A stretch of 35,484 bases of DNA from Dehalococcoidales bacterium (GTDB lineage: Bacteria; Chloroflexota; Dehalococcoidia; Dehalococcoidales; UBA5760): contig JAWOBD010000060.1 in NCBI GenBank assembly GCA_046498175.1, forward strand, positions 1 to 35,484, in the 5' to 3' direction. The position numbers and the translations under genes are program-made. The notes beneath the pieces are model-generated. The model did not search any database. It saw nothing but the letters and a program-made list of their open reading frames with translations, and had not been told where the DNA came from. How positions within the stretch are numbered: the first letter of the stretch is position 1; each line of letters starts with the position of its first letter. Shown here piece after piece: positions 26,992-35,484 of the stretch.

Positions 26992-28515
26992 GTGAGCATG
27001 AATCGAGTTGTTGTCTTCGATACTACCCTGCGGGATGGCGAGCAGGCAGCCGGCGGGGCGCTCAATGTCAACGAAAAACTGGAGATAGCCAGACAGCTGG
27101 ATAAGCTCGGGGTAGACGTTATCGAGGCGGGTTTCCCGTGCAGTTCTCCGGGTGACTTCGAGGCGGTAAGATTGATTGCCCGTGAGGTCAGGAACCCGGT
27201 GATATGTGGGCTGGCCAGGGCTCATCCCGATGATATCGACGGAGCCTGGAAAGCCTTACAACAGGCGGAGAAACCCCGGATACATGTTTTTCTCTCGGCT
27301 TCGGATATACACCTTACGTACCAGTTGAAAAAAAGCCGCGATCAGGTTTTACAGACGGCACGTGATATGGTGGCCAGAGCCAGGCAGTATACCGGAGACG
27401 TTGAATTTTCCCCCATGGATGCCAGCCGGACCGACCCCGATTATATCTACCAGATAGTCGAAGCCGTTATCGATGCAGGGGCTACCACGGTAAACATCCC
27501 GGATACAGTCGGTTATGCCATGCCTGACGAGTTTGGTAATCTGATCAAAGGTATTTGTGAGAACGTATCCAATATTGGCCGGGCGATTGTCAGCGTTCAC
27601 TGCCATGACGACCTTGGTATGGCGGTGGCCAATAGCCTTGAAGCGGTCAGGAACGGGGCCAGGCAGGTGGAATGTACCGTTAATGGTATCGGAGAGAGGG
27701 CTGGTAATGCATCGCTGGAAGAGCTGGTTATGGCGATTGCAACCCGGGGGGATTTTTTCCATCTATCTACCGGTGTCGATACCAGGCAGATATACCATAC
27801 AAGCCGGATGGTGAGTGAAATGACCGGTTTTCCGGTACAGCCCAATAAGGCGATTGTAGGTACCAATGCCTTCCGGCACGAATCCGGAATACACCAGGAC
27901 GGTGTTATCAAGATGCCGATAACCTATGAGATTATTGATCCCAAGACGGTCGGCGTCCCGGCATCAAGCCTTGTTATGGGTAAACTGAGCGGCAGGCGTG
28001 CTTTTCGGGAGCGTCTGGCTGAACTGGGCTACATTCTATCCGACGAGGACCTCAGTAATGCTTTCGCTGCTTTCAAGGATTTGGCCGATAAAAAGAAGGA
28101 AGTCACCGACCGGGATATTGAGTTTATCATAGCGCAGGAATTGCGTACTGCCTCTGAAGCCTACCACCTTGATTGCGTTCAGGTATCCTGTGGAGATAAG
28201 GGGATACCTACTGCCTCTGTCAGGCTTATTGGTCCAGACGGGCAGGTGCTGGCGGATGCGGCTCTGGGGACAGGGCCTGTAGATGCTGTATATAAGGCCA
28301 TAAACAGGCTGGTTGCTGTTCCCAATTTGCTTACCGAATTCACCGTTAAATCGGTGACCGGTGGGATAGATGCCATCGGTGAGGTGCTTATTCGGATAGA
28401 GAGCGATGGCATTACCTATACGGGTCGCGGTGGCGATACCGATATTATAGTGGCCAGTGCCAAGGCCTACATGAACGCCTTGAACCGTTTGATTGCTGTC
28501 AAGAAGGCAGAATAA
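26992..28515 (+). CDS. leuA: 2-isopropylmalate synthase
   Basis: 507 aa with [23 protein letters not shown] and a C-terminal LeuA dimer/regulatory domain. The start is GTG 26992 or ATG 26998. Confidence 0.9.
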   Translation: MSMNRVVVFDTTLRDGEQAAGGALNVNEKLEIARQLDKLGVDVIEAGFPCSSPGDFEAVRLIAREVRNPVICGLARAHPDDIDGAWKALQQAEKPRIHVFLSASDIHLTYQLKKSRDQVLQTARDMVARARQYTGDVEFSPMDASRTDPDYIYQIVEAVIDAGATTVNIPDTVGYAMPDEFGNLIKGICENVSNIGRAIVSVHCHDDLGMAVANSLEAVRNGARQVECTVNGIGERAGNASLEELVMAIATRGDFFHLSTGVDTRQIYHTSRMVSEMTGFPVQPNKAIVGTNAFRHESGIHQDGVIKMPITYEIIDPKTVGVPASSLVMGKLSGRRAFRERLAELGYILSDEDLSNAFAAFKDLADKKKEVTDRDIEFIIAQELRTASEAYHLDCVQVSCGDKGIPTASVRLIGPDGQVLADAALGTGPVDAVYKAINRLVAVPNLLTEFTVKSVTGGIDAIGEVLIRIESDGITYTGRGGDTDIIVASAKAYMNALNRLIAVKKAE

Positions 28516-28536
28516 TATTCCTGGCGGGTTGTTGAA

Positions 28537-28941
28537 ATGCCGGTTGAGTTAACCATGGTAATCCGCATTCTGGTAGCAACCGGAATGGGGGCAGCAATAG
28601 GTTACGAGCGGGAGAGATCTGGCAAACCGGCTGGTCTCCGGACCCATATGCTGATTGCGGTGGGTTCTGCTCTGTTCACGGTAGTATCCATTTATGGTTT
28701 TGGCGATATTGCTGATATCAGCAGAGTGGCTGCGGGAGTGGTGGCCGGTATCGGGTTTATCGGTGCGGGAGCAATCATTCATCGCGGCGCCGGTGATATC
28801 GTGGAGGGTATAACTACTGCTGCGACTATCTGGGCGGTAGCAGCGATCGGTCTGGCGGCCGGTGCCGGACTCTATGCTGTTGCCGGTGCTACTACGGGTG
28901 TAACCCTGGCCGTGCTACTCCTGCCACGGCATATAAGGTGA
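28537..28941 (+). CDS. MgtC/SapB-family membrane protein (membrane domain only, no C-terminal soluble domain)
   Basis: 134 aa. AAIGYERERSGKPAGLRTHMLIAVGSALFTVVS is the MgtC-family signature, followed by several further hydrophobic helices. Confidence 0.8.
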   Translation: MPVELTMVIRILVATGMGAAIGYERERSGKPAGLRTHMLIAVGSALFTVVSIYGFGDIADISRVAAGVVAGIGFIGAGAIIHRGAGDIVEGITTAATIWAVAAIGLAAGAGLYAVAGATTGVTLAVLLLPRHIR

Positions 28942-28987
28942 ATAGATTTCAGGTGGCATTCTTCTATGGGAAAGGAGAAATATTGCG

Positions 28988-30244
28988 TTGACTGTAACGG
29001 GGAAGATACTTGCTGCCCATACAGATAAAAAAGAGGTCAGTCCGGGGGAGTTTCTTAACGTAAGGGTAGACCTCATTCTGGCCAATGATATTACTGCTCC
29101 CATTGCCATCAGGGAATTCCGTAAAATTGGTGTGGATAGGGTTTTTGACCCCGGCAAAATAGTAATGGTCCCCGACCACTTTACTCCCAACAAGGATATC
29201 GCCTCTGCCGAACAGGTGAAGATAATGCGCGAGTTCTGTCATGAACAGGGCGTTATCTATTTTGAGGTCGGCCGGCTGGGTATCGAACATGTTCTTTTGC
29301 CGGAGCAGGGACTGGTTCTACCGGGTGATGTCGTTATCGGGGCGGATTCGCATACGTGTACCTACGGGGCGCTGGGCTCCTTTGCAACCGGTATGGGCTC
29401 AACCGATATTGCGGCTGCCATGGCGACAGGTGATATATGGATGAAGGTTCCACCGAGTATTAAGCTGGTCTATCACGGGCATCTGGGGAAATGGGTTGGG
29501 GGCAAAGACTTGATTCTCTATACTATCGGTGATATCGGCGTTGATGGCGCTCTCTATTCGACAATGGAGTTCACCGGGGAAGCTATTGATGCACTCCCCC
29601 TAGATGGAAGGTTTACCATGGCCAATATGGCAATTGAGGCCGGGGCCAAAGCCGGTATTTTTAGAGTTGATAACAAGACCCAACTTTACATAAAACATCG
29701 TGCCAAGCGCGAGTATATGGTCTATGAACCGGATAGCGATGCGGAGTATGCCCGGGTAATTGATTACGATGTTTCCAGCATCAAACCTCAGGTTGCCCTG
29801 CCTCATTCGCCGGCGAATACGGTTCCAATCGACCAGGTGGGTGATGTTGAAATAGACCAGGTTGTTATCGGTAGCTGCACCAATGGCCGTATAGAGGATC
29901 TGCAGTTGGCCGCTCAGGTATTAAAAGGAAGACAGGTGCACAGTAATGTTCGCTGCATTATTATTCCCGGTTCCCAGCAGGTGTATATGGATGCTGTTAT
30001 ACGGGAGCTGATAGGAATATTCATCAAGGCCGGTGCTGCGGTAAGTACACCTACCTGTGGTCCATGTCTCGGCGGGCATATGGGTATTCTGGCCAGCGGA
30101 GAGCGCTGTCTTGCTACCACCAATCGTAACTTTGTCGGTCGTATGGGTAGCCCGGAGTCCGAGGTTTATTTGTCAAATCCTGCCGTAGCAGCGGCAAGTG
30201 CTGTCGCGGGTAGAATAGCAAATCCGGAAGATATCGGCGTTTGA
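28988..30244 (+). CDS. leuC: 3-isopropylmalate (and probably citramalate) dehydratase large subunit
   Basis: 418 aa, short archaeal-type aconitase-family large subunit with the Fe-S ligands DSHTCTYGA, GSCTNGR and PTCGPCLG. TTG start with AAGGAG upstream. Confidence 0.92.
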   Translation: MTVTGKILAAHTDKKEVSPGEFLNVRVDLILANDITAPIAIREFRKIGVDRVFDPGKIVMVPDHFTPNKDIASAEQVKIMREFCHEQGVIYFEVGRLGIEHVLLPEQGLVLPGDVVIGADSHTCTYGALGSFATGMGSTDIAAAMATGDIWMKVPPSIKLVYHGHLGKWVGGKDLILYTIGDIGVDGALYSTMEFTGEAIDALPLDGRFTMANMAIEAGAKAGIFRVDNKTQLYIKHRAKREYMVYEPDSDAEYARVIDYDVSSIKPQVALPHSPANTVPIDQVGDVEIDQVVIGSCTNGRIEDLQLAAQVLKGRQVHSNVRCIIIPGSQQVYMDAVIRELIGIFIKAGAAVSTPTCGPCLGGHMGILASGERCLATTNRNFVGRMGSPESEVYLSNPAVAAASAVAGRIANPEDIGV

Positions 30245-30307
30245 GATATCGACGATTGGGTAATATGTAATACTGCCTTACGTTGATGCAAAAGGAGTGA
30301 TCTGGCT

Positions 30308-30808
30308 ATGATAAAGGGCAAGGTGCACAAGTACGGAGCCAATGTTGATACCGATGCCATTATACCGGCGCGGTATCTCAATGTTTCCGAGCCGTCGGAA
30401 CTGGCCAAGCACTGCATGGAGGATATTGATAAGGATTTCGTCACCGAAGCACTGGCGGGGGACATAATTATGGCCACCACCAATTTTGGCTGTGGGTCAT
30501 CCCGTGAGCACGCTCCACTGGCCATAAAGGCGGCTGGAATATCCTGTGTGATCGCAAAAACGTTTGCTCGCATATTTTTCCGTAATGCGATAAACATCGG
30601 CCTTCCACTTCTTGAGTGCGAGCAGGCAGTGGATGGAACCCAATCGAGGGATACACTGTGGGTTGATATTTCCAGTGGCGAGATAAAGAACATCACACGG
30701 GGGGATATATTCTACGCCGCGCCGTACCCGGAGTTTATGGCCGGGTTGATATCGAGCGGTGGTTTGATTGATTTTACCAGAAAAAGACTGGCTGGCAGGA
30801 GGATTTAG
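30308..30808 (+). CDS. leuD: 3-isopropylmalate dehydratase small subunit
   Basis: 166 aa with the GCGSSREHA motif. Confidence 0.93.
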   Translation: MIKGKVHKYGANVDTDAIIPARYLNVSEPSELAKHCMEDIDKDFVTEALAGDIIMATTNFGCGSSREHAPLAIKAAGISCVIAKTFARIFFRNAINIGLPLLECEQAVDGTQSRDTLWVDISSGEIKNITRGDIFYAAPYPEFMAGLISSGGLIDFTRKRLAGRRI

Positions 30809-30809
30809 G

Positions 30810-31913
30810 GTGCAATACAGATTGGTCGTCTTACCCGGTGATGGTATCGGCCCGGATGTTACCGCTGAAGCTGTCAAGGTTCTGCGTGCCGTGGGCGATA
30901 GATTCGGTCATGATTTTGTAATGGACTATGGGCTGATAGGTGGTGTCTCCATTGATGAAACAGGAGAAGCACTCGGCCGCAATACATTGGAGAAGTGCGA
31001 TAAGGCTCAGGCGGTTTTACTCGGGGCGGTTGGTGACCCCAAGTGGGATAATAACCCTGCTGCCAGAGTAAGGCCTGAAGATGGGTTGCTGGCTCTGAGG
31101 AAGGAGCTTGGGTTGTTTGCCAACCTGCGTCCGGTAATGGTCTTTCCGATGCTGGTCGATTCCACCAACTTGAAGCCCCAGGTGATAAGCGGGGTTGACT
31201 TTATATTTGTCCGGGAGCTAACCGGAGGGCTCTACTTTGGCCGGCCGAAAAGGCAGTGGCGAACATCCAGAGGGAGGAGGGCCACCGATTCGATGACCTA
31301 CTCCGAACAGGAAATAGAGCGTATCGTACGGGTGGGCTTTGAGCTGGCGTTGAGACGGAAGAAGAGATTGATATCGGTGGATAAGGCAAATGTGCTGGAG
31401 TCTTCAAGGCTATGGCGGCAGGTTGCTATGGAAGTAGCCCGGGATTATCCCGATGTCGAACTCGAGCACATGCTGGTTGATGCCTGTTCTATGCGTATCA
31501 TTCAGAATCCGACCTACTTCGATGTTGTAGTCACTGAGAACACCTTTGGAGACATTCTTACCGATGAGGCTTCAATGCTGGCAGGTTCTATGGGAATGCT
31601 GGCTTCAGCCAGCCTGGCTGGGGTACCTGTGGAGGGGAAAAGTACCCTTGGTATGTATGAGCCCATTCATGGCAGTGCCCCCCGGCGCGCCGGTCTTGAT
31701 ATGGCCAACCCGATAGCCATCATACTCAGCGTCGCTATGATGCTACGTTATTCGTTTGGTTTGGAAGGGGAAGCGCGAGAGGTGGAGGGTGCAGTAAATA
31801 GCGTGCTCGAGGAAGGCTATCGTACCTATGATATAATGGCTGAAGGCAAATCCAGGGTAGGTACGCAAAAGATGGGTGATTTGATAGCTGGGAAGGTAGT
31901 TGGAAAAGGGTGA
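30810..31913 (+). CDS. leuB: 3-isopropylmalate dehydrogenase
   Basis: VVLPGDGIGPDV and NTFGDILTDEASMLAGSMGMLASASL. I prefer GTG 30810 (AGGAGG 9 nt upstream, just after the leuD stop) over the ORF-track start at 30768. Confidence 0.93.
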   Translation: MQYRLVVLPGDGIGPDVTAEAVKVLRAVGDRFGHDFVMDYGLIGGVSIDETGEALGRNTLEKCDKAQAVLLGAVGDPKWDNNPAARVRPEDGLLALRKELGLFANLRPVMVFPMLVDSTNLKPQVISGVDFIFVRELTGGLYFGRPKRQWRTSRGRRATDSMTYSEQEIERIVRVGFELALRRKKRLISVDKANVLESSRLWRQVAMEVARDYPDVELEHMLVDACSMRIIQNPTYFDVVVTENTFGDILTDEASMLAGSMGMLASASLAGVPVEGKSTLGMYEPIHGSAPRRAGLDMANPIAIILSVAMMLRYSFGLEGEAREVEGAVNSVLEEGYRTYDIMAEGKSRVGTQKMGDLIAGKVVGKG

Positions 31914-33511
31914 GTTCGGTTCAGATTTATGATACTCTGCTTCGTGATGGAGCGCAGAAAGAAGGTATCTCGTTCTCTGTTGCCGATAAGCTTGCCATAA
32001 CCCGCAAGCTGGATGAACTGGGGGTTCATTTCATCGAGGGGGGCTGGCCAGGCTCGAATCCCAAGGATGCCGAGTTTTTTAACCTGGCCAGGGAGATTGT
32101 TCTGAATAAGTCCGAGCTGGTTGCTTTTGGCAGCACCAGGCAAGCGGGTATAGGTGCTGAGAAAGACTCCAACCTCAATCACCTGATAAATGCAGGCGTA
32201 AATACGGTTGCTATTGTCGGCAAGAGCTCTGAGTTGCAGGTTACCCGCGTACTGGAAACTTCTCTTGAAGAGAACCTGAGCATGATTGCCGACTCTGTAT
32301 CATACCTTAGGTCAAACGGACTCAGGGTATTGTTCGACGCCGAGCACTTTTTTGACGGCTACAGGTCAAATCCCGATTATGCTCTGAGGTGTCTTGAGGC
32401 GGCGGCCGGTGCTGGAGCCAGCTGTCTGGTGCTCTGCGATACCAATGGTGGTTCGCTACCTGAAGAAACGGCGGATGCAATCGGGTCTGTGAGAGAGAGA
32501 ACCGATGTGGATTTGGGCATTCACGCCCACAATGATGGGGGATTGGCAGTAGCCAACTCGCTGGCAGCGGTTAGATGTGGGGTAACGCAGGTCCAGGGAA
32601 CGATAAATGGCTACGGCGAACGTTGTGGCAATGCTGACCTGTGCTCTATAATTCCTGCGCTGAAGCTCAAAATGGGCATTGATTGTGTTACGGATGAAGA
32701 TCTATCCAGGCTGACCGAGGTGTCTCACTATGTCAGTGAGATTGCCAACCTTTCTCTGGATGCGTCCCTGCCATACGTGGGGTCAAGTGCCTTCAGTCAC
32801 AAAGGTGGGCTGCATGTTTCCGGGTTGGCCAAGTGGGTGGATAGTTACCAGCATATTGACCCCGCAAGGGTTGGGAACCGTTCTAAAGTGGTGGTCTCGG
32901 AATTATCCGGTAAAGGTAATATCATCTATAAGGCAAAAGAGATGGGTCTGGAAATACCGTCGGGTGGCGAGCAGGTAAAGGAATTGCTTGAGCAGGTTAA
33001 ATCTCTGGAAAAGCGTGGTTTTCAGTATGAGAATGCCGGAGCTTCCTTTGAACTGCTGATACGACGGGCTAGGCCGGATTATCACCCCTCGTTTGAGCTG
33101 ATCGATTTTATGGTGGTGGTGGAAAGGAGGCGTCGCTTACCCACCAAAGTGGAGCTTGAGGAGATGCTGTCGGAGGCAACTGTTAAGGTAAAGGTGGGTG
33201 ATGACATTATTCATACTGCAGCGGAGGGAAATGGGCCGGTAAATGCCCTGGACCATGCCATGCGAAAAGCCTTAGTCCAGTTTTACCCCAGCCTGGCTGC
33301 AGTAAAACTGGTCGATTACAAGGTGCGTATTCTTGAGGAGAGTACCGGTACCGAGTCTCAGGTCAGGGTCCTTATTGAATCCAGTGATGGAGTGAGTGAA
33401 TGGCGGACAGTCGGTAGTTCGGCCAACATTATCGAGGCTAGCTGGCTGGCTCTGGCCGATAGCCTGGAATACTGGCTGCTGAAGCAGTCATCCGGTGACG
33501 GAAAGGAGTAA
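31910..33511 (+). CDS. cimA: LeuA-family synthase of the citramalate-synthase type (probable (R)-citramalate synthase)
   Basis: 533 aa with IYDTLLRDGAQKEGISFS and IEGGWPGSNPKD, which I recognise as typical of the long CimA-like clade, plus a C-terminal LeuA_dimer domain. It is a second LeuA paralog at the end of the ilv-leu cluster. GTG start overlapping the leuB stop (GTGA). Confidence 0.72.
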   Translation: MSSVQIYDTLLRDGAQKEGISFSVADKLAITRKLDELGVHFIEGGWPGSNPKDAEFFNLAREIVLNKSELVAFGSTRQAGIGAEKDSNLNHLINAGVNTVAIVGKSSELQVTRVLETSLEENLSMIADSVSYLRSNGLRVLFDAEHFFDGYRSNPDYALRCLEAAAGAGASCLVLCDTNGGSLPEETADAIGSVRERTDVDLGIHAHNDGGLAVANSLAAVRCGVTQVQGTINGYGERCGNADLCSIIPALKLKMGIDCVTDEDLSRLTEVSHYVSEIANLSLDASLPYVGSSAFSHKGGLHVSGLAKWVDSYQHIDPARVGNRSKVVVSELSGKGNIIYKAKEMGLEIPSGGEQVKELLEQVKSLEKRGFQYENAGASFELLIRRARPDYHPSFELIDFMVVVERRRRLPTKVELEEMLSEATVKVKVGDDIIHTAAEGNGPVNALDHAMRKALVQFYPSLAAVKLVDYKVRILEESTGTESQVRVLIESSDGVSEWRTVGSSANIIEASWLALADSLEYWLLKQSSGDGKE

Positions 33512-33703
33512 ATGCAGATGGACGAACATGAAAAGGTGACCGTTAAACCGACCTGGCAATTGGCCTGGGGGCTGTGGTGGAGGACATTGCTGATCAATAT
33601 CGGCATAGTGGCGGTTATTATCGGTATTATGTTTGCCGTGGGACTGGTATCTCTCGCCACGTTTTTGGGCCCCTATTTCGGAGGGGGATGGCCGATCCCC
33701 TGA
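33512..33703 (+). CDS. Small hypothetical membrane protein (Trp-rich N-terminus and a ~35-residue hydrophobic segment)
   Basis: 63-codon ORF. Its ATG immediately follows the cimA TAA stop. GGAG at 33505-33508 is better spaced for the in-frame ATG at 33518. The hydrophobic stretch is LLINIGIVAVIIGIMFAVGLVSLATFLGPYF. Coding status is not proven. Confidence 0.45.
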   Translation: MQMDEHEKVTVKPTWQLAWGLWWRTLLINIGIVAVIIGIMFAVGLVSLATFLGPYFGGGWPIP

Positions 33704-33730
33704 CCGGTATATTGAACGGTGATATGCCGG
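33704..33730. terminator. Hairpin between convergent genes (possible bidirectional terminator)
   Basis: CCGGTATAT (33704-33712) pairs with ATATGCCGG (33722-33730): 9 bp with one G-U pair and a 9-nt loop. No U-tract. Confidence 0.3.
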
Positions 33731-33732
33731 AT

Positions 33733-35484
33733 TCACCGGACAAATCTCTTTAAATCGGTATCGATATCCACAATAACCGGTTTGTCTGATGATAGTGCCT
33801 GGTCAACCGCTGTGCCCAGGTCGCCGGGATTTGTCACTTTAATACCTTTTCCCCCGCAATTTTGGGCATATTTAGCGAAATCGCAGTTATAAAGCTCCGT
33901 TTTCCAGTTGGGGTACCGCTCGATTTTCTGCTCCTGTGTTATCATACCCAGTTGCCTGTTGTTGAACAAAAAAACCTTTACCGGCAGCTTGTGTTTCACC
34001 GCGGTGAGGAAGTCACCCATAACCATGGCAAAACCACCGTCTCCGGTGATACAGATTGATTGCCTTTCCGGGTAGATGAGCTTTGCCGCCATGGCCCCGG
34101 GAAAACCGGTCCCCATTGAGGCAAGGTACCCTGACATAACTAGCTTTTGGGTTTCCGCCATTACGAAATTCCTGCCGAACCACCATCCGTTGTCGCCTAC
34201 ATCCAGTGATATAACCGCATCGCGGGCAATTTTGTCGTTAAGCACCTTGATGATATATTGAGGCCTTACCGGGGTTCTTGAGGGATCCGCTTCGCTGGCG
34301 ATTTTGCTGGCCCATTCTCTTTTCAGGTTGCCTATCTCGGAAAGGTACTCCCTGTTTTCCTTCCTGGTGACCAATCTGGCAAGTTTGGGCAGTATTTCGC
34401 CACTGTTTCCCCACAGCAGCACTTCTGACTGGTAATTCTTGGCCAGCATCATGGGGTCAATATCTATTTGTACTATTCTCTTTTCTGGTATCTGTGTCAT
34501 ATCGGAAAAGGAGGAGCCCACCACTATTAACAGGTCGCTTTCCCTGACCAGCTTGGATGCGGCCGTTGAGCCTATTCCGCCGTGGCTACCAGCATAGAGA
34601 TCGTTCCTTTCATCGATAACACCCTTCCCCCGGAAGGTTGTTACTACGGGTGCGCTTATTTTTTTGGCCAGGCGCAGCAATTTTTTACCCTGCCCTATGG
34701 CCCCGAATCCGGATATAATGACCGGCCTTTCTGCTCGGTCGATTAGTGATGCCGCCTTTTTAATCAGCGGGTTACCCGGCAGGATATTCCGGTTTGATAT
34801 CCTGCCCCGCATCGGCAGTATGGGGGCAGCATAGGGAATTTTCTGAATATCGTTGGGAATACTGATATGGGAAACGCCCCTTTCCAGAAGGGCGTGCTTG
34901 ATTGCCAGCGTAACCAGAGTGGTTGTCTGGTCCTCTGACATCAGTATTTTATTGAAGACACATATTGGCTCAAAAAAGGAGTGCTGGTCGATTTCCTGAA
35001 ATGACCCCGGACCTATAAGCTGTCTTTTCACCAGTCCGGTAAGGGCCAGGACTGGCGAGTGGTCCAAATTAGCGTCATAAAGCCCGGTGGCCAGGTTTGT
35101 AGCCCCCGGCCCGGCTATGGTCAGGCACGCTGCGATATGGCCGGTCAGTTTTCCATATGCTGAGGCCATGAATGCCGCGGTCTGTTCATGCCTGACCTGA
35201 ATGAACTGTAGCCGTTCATTTTTTCTTATCGCATCAACCAGCCCCAGGGCGGATGTGCCAGGTATGCCGAAAATGTATTTTACGCCCCATTCCGACATCT
35301 GTTGTACCAGTATGTCGGACACGGTGCTTGTGCTTTCCTGTTTTTTACTTGCCTCTTCAGTTAGCGATATGAAAGCATTTTTGGAGGCATTGCAAACAGG
35401 GCAATTCCACCTCCCTGGTAGCTCGGGAAACCCGGTCTTTTCTTCTGATTCATCGTATATGTAATTGCAAACCGTGCATCGGTA
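33733..35484 (-). CDS. Pyruvate-oxidase/acetolactate-synthase-family TPP/FAD enzyme with an in-frame N-terminal rubredoxin-like domain; the N-terminal end runs off the window
   Basis: The core motifs IQVRHEQTAAFMASAYGKLTG, GPGATNLATGLYDANLDHSPVLALTG and TPP motif GDGGFAM...FNNRQLGMI resemble the POX/PoxB family. The ORF track starts at GTG 35322, but the frame stays open for 54 more codons to the window end. Those codons encode YRCTVCNYIYDESEEKTGFPELPGRWNCPVCNASKNAFISLTEEASKKQESTST. Confidence 0.85.
   Translation of the reverse strand, partial: YRCTVCNYIYDESEEKTGFPELPGRWNCPVCNASKNAFISLTEEASKKQESTSTVSDILVQQMSEWGVKYIFGIPGTSALGLVDAIRKNERLQFIQVRHEQTAAFMASAYGKLTGHIAACLTIAGPGATNLATGLYDANLDHSPVLALTGLVKRQLIGPGSFQEIDQHSFFEPICVFNKILMSEDQTTTLVTLAIKHALLERGVSHISIPNDIQKIPYAAPILPMRGRISNRNILPGNPLIKKAASLIDRAERPVIISGFGAIGQGKKLLRLAKKISAPVVTTFRGKGVIDERNDLYAGSHGGIGSTAASKLVRESDLLIVVGSSFSDMTQIPEKRIVQIDIDPMMLAKNYQSEVLLWGNSGEILPKLARLVTRKENREYLSEIGNLKREWASKIASEADPSRTPVRPQYIIKVLNDKIARDAVISLDVGDNGWWFGRNFVMAETQKLVMSGYLASMGTGFPGAMAAKLIYPERQSICITGDGGFAMVMGDFLTAVKHKLPVKVFLFNNRQLGMITQEQKIERYPNWKTELYNCDFAKYAQNCGGKGIKVTNPGDLGTAVDQALSSDKPVIVDIDTDLKRFVR

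Noticed and set aside
33862-34261. Short + strand ORFs (65 and 61 aa) inside the TPP-enzyme gene, and the 87-aa + ORF at 35201-35464.
   Set aside because: They are antisense to a strongly supported minus-strand CDS. The 35201-35464 ORF is antisense to the in-frame rubredoxin-like/linker segment.
1-35484. Mobile elements, CRISPR arrays, toxin-antitoxin pairs, restriction or other defence systems, tRNA and rRNA genes.
   Set aside because: I saw no direct-repeat/spacer arrays, terminal inverted repeats, transposase, integrase or recombinase-like ORFs, or cloverleaf-like segments. Every ORF over 130 aa is accounted for by a metabolic or housekeeping family.

Overview
This 35.5 kb window is almost entirely core anabolic metabolism, tightly packed on both strands. 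I found no rRNA, tRNA, CRISPR array, transposase, integrase or phage genes.

Gene order, left to right:
- pmbA (partial) and tldD (-)
- birA (+)
- SPFH/stomatin and nfeD pair (-)
- A split histidine cluster: hisZ-hisG-hisD, then a self-contained tungsten-type aldehyde:ferredoxin oxidoreductase gene, then hisC-hisB (+)
- A minus-strand purine/GMP operon: guaA, a hypothetical exported protein, purD, purE, purB, purC
- tsaC-rpiB (+)
- A long branched-chain amino acid cluster: ilvD-ilvB-ilvN-ilvC-leuA-(mgtC-like)-leuC-leuD-leuB-cimA-(small membrane ORF) (+)
- A convergent pyruvate-oxidase/ALS-like TPP flavoenzyme (-) that runs off the right edge

Gene content (AOR, the citramalate route, a ~50% GC impression from reading, extended -10 promoters) suggests an anaerobe, possibly Chloroflexota/Dehalococcoidia-like. 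That placement is inference only.

There is no obvious defence or mobile system. The most unusual observations are:
1. hisG encodes a 478-aa tandem fusion of two short-form HisG modules, and only the C-terminal copy keeps the PRPP loop.
2. The TPP flavoenzyme frame continues in frame, with no stop, into a rubredoxin-like CxxC...CPxC domain at the window edge.
3. A ~1.3 kb patch across the ilvB/ilvN junction has strikingly purine-ending codons, unlike its surroundings.
4. Promoter, then terminator hairpin, then RBS leaders precede both ilvD and the AOR gene.
5. Four TATAG cores with 17/11/17 spacing lie in front of ilvC.
6. purD probably starts at a CTG codon.

All functional calls come from motif recognition by eye. 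No database search was run.
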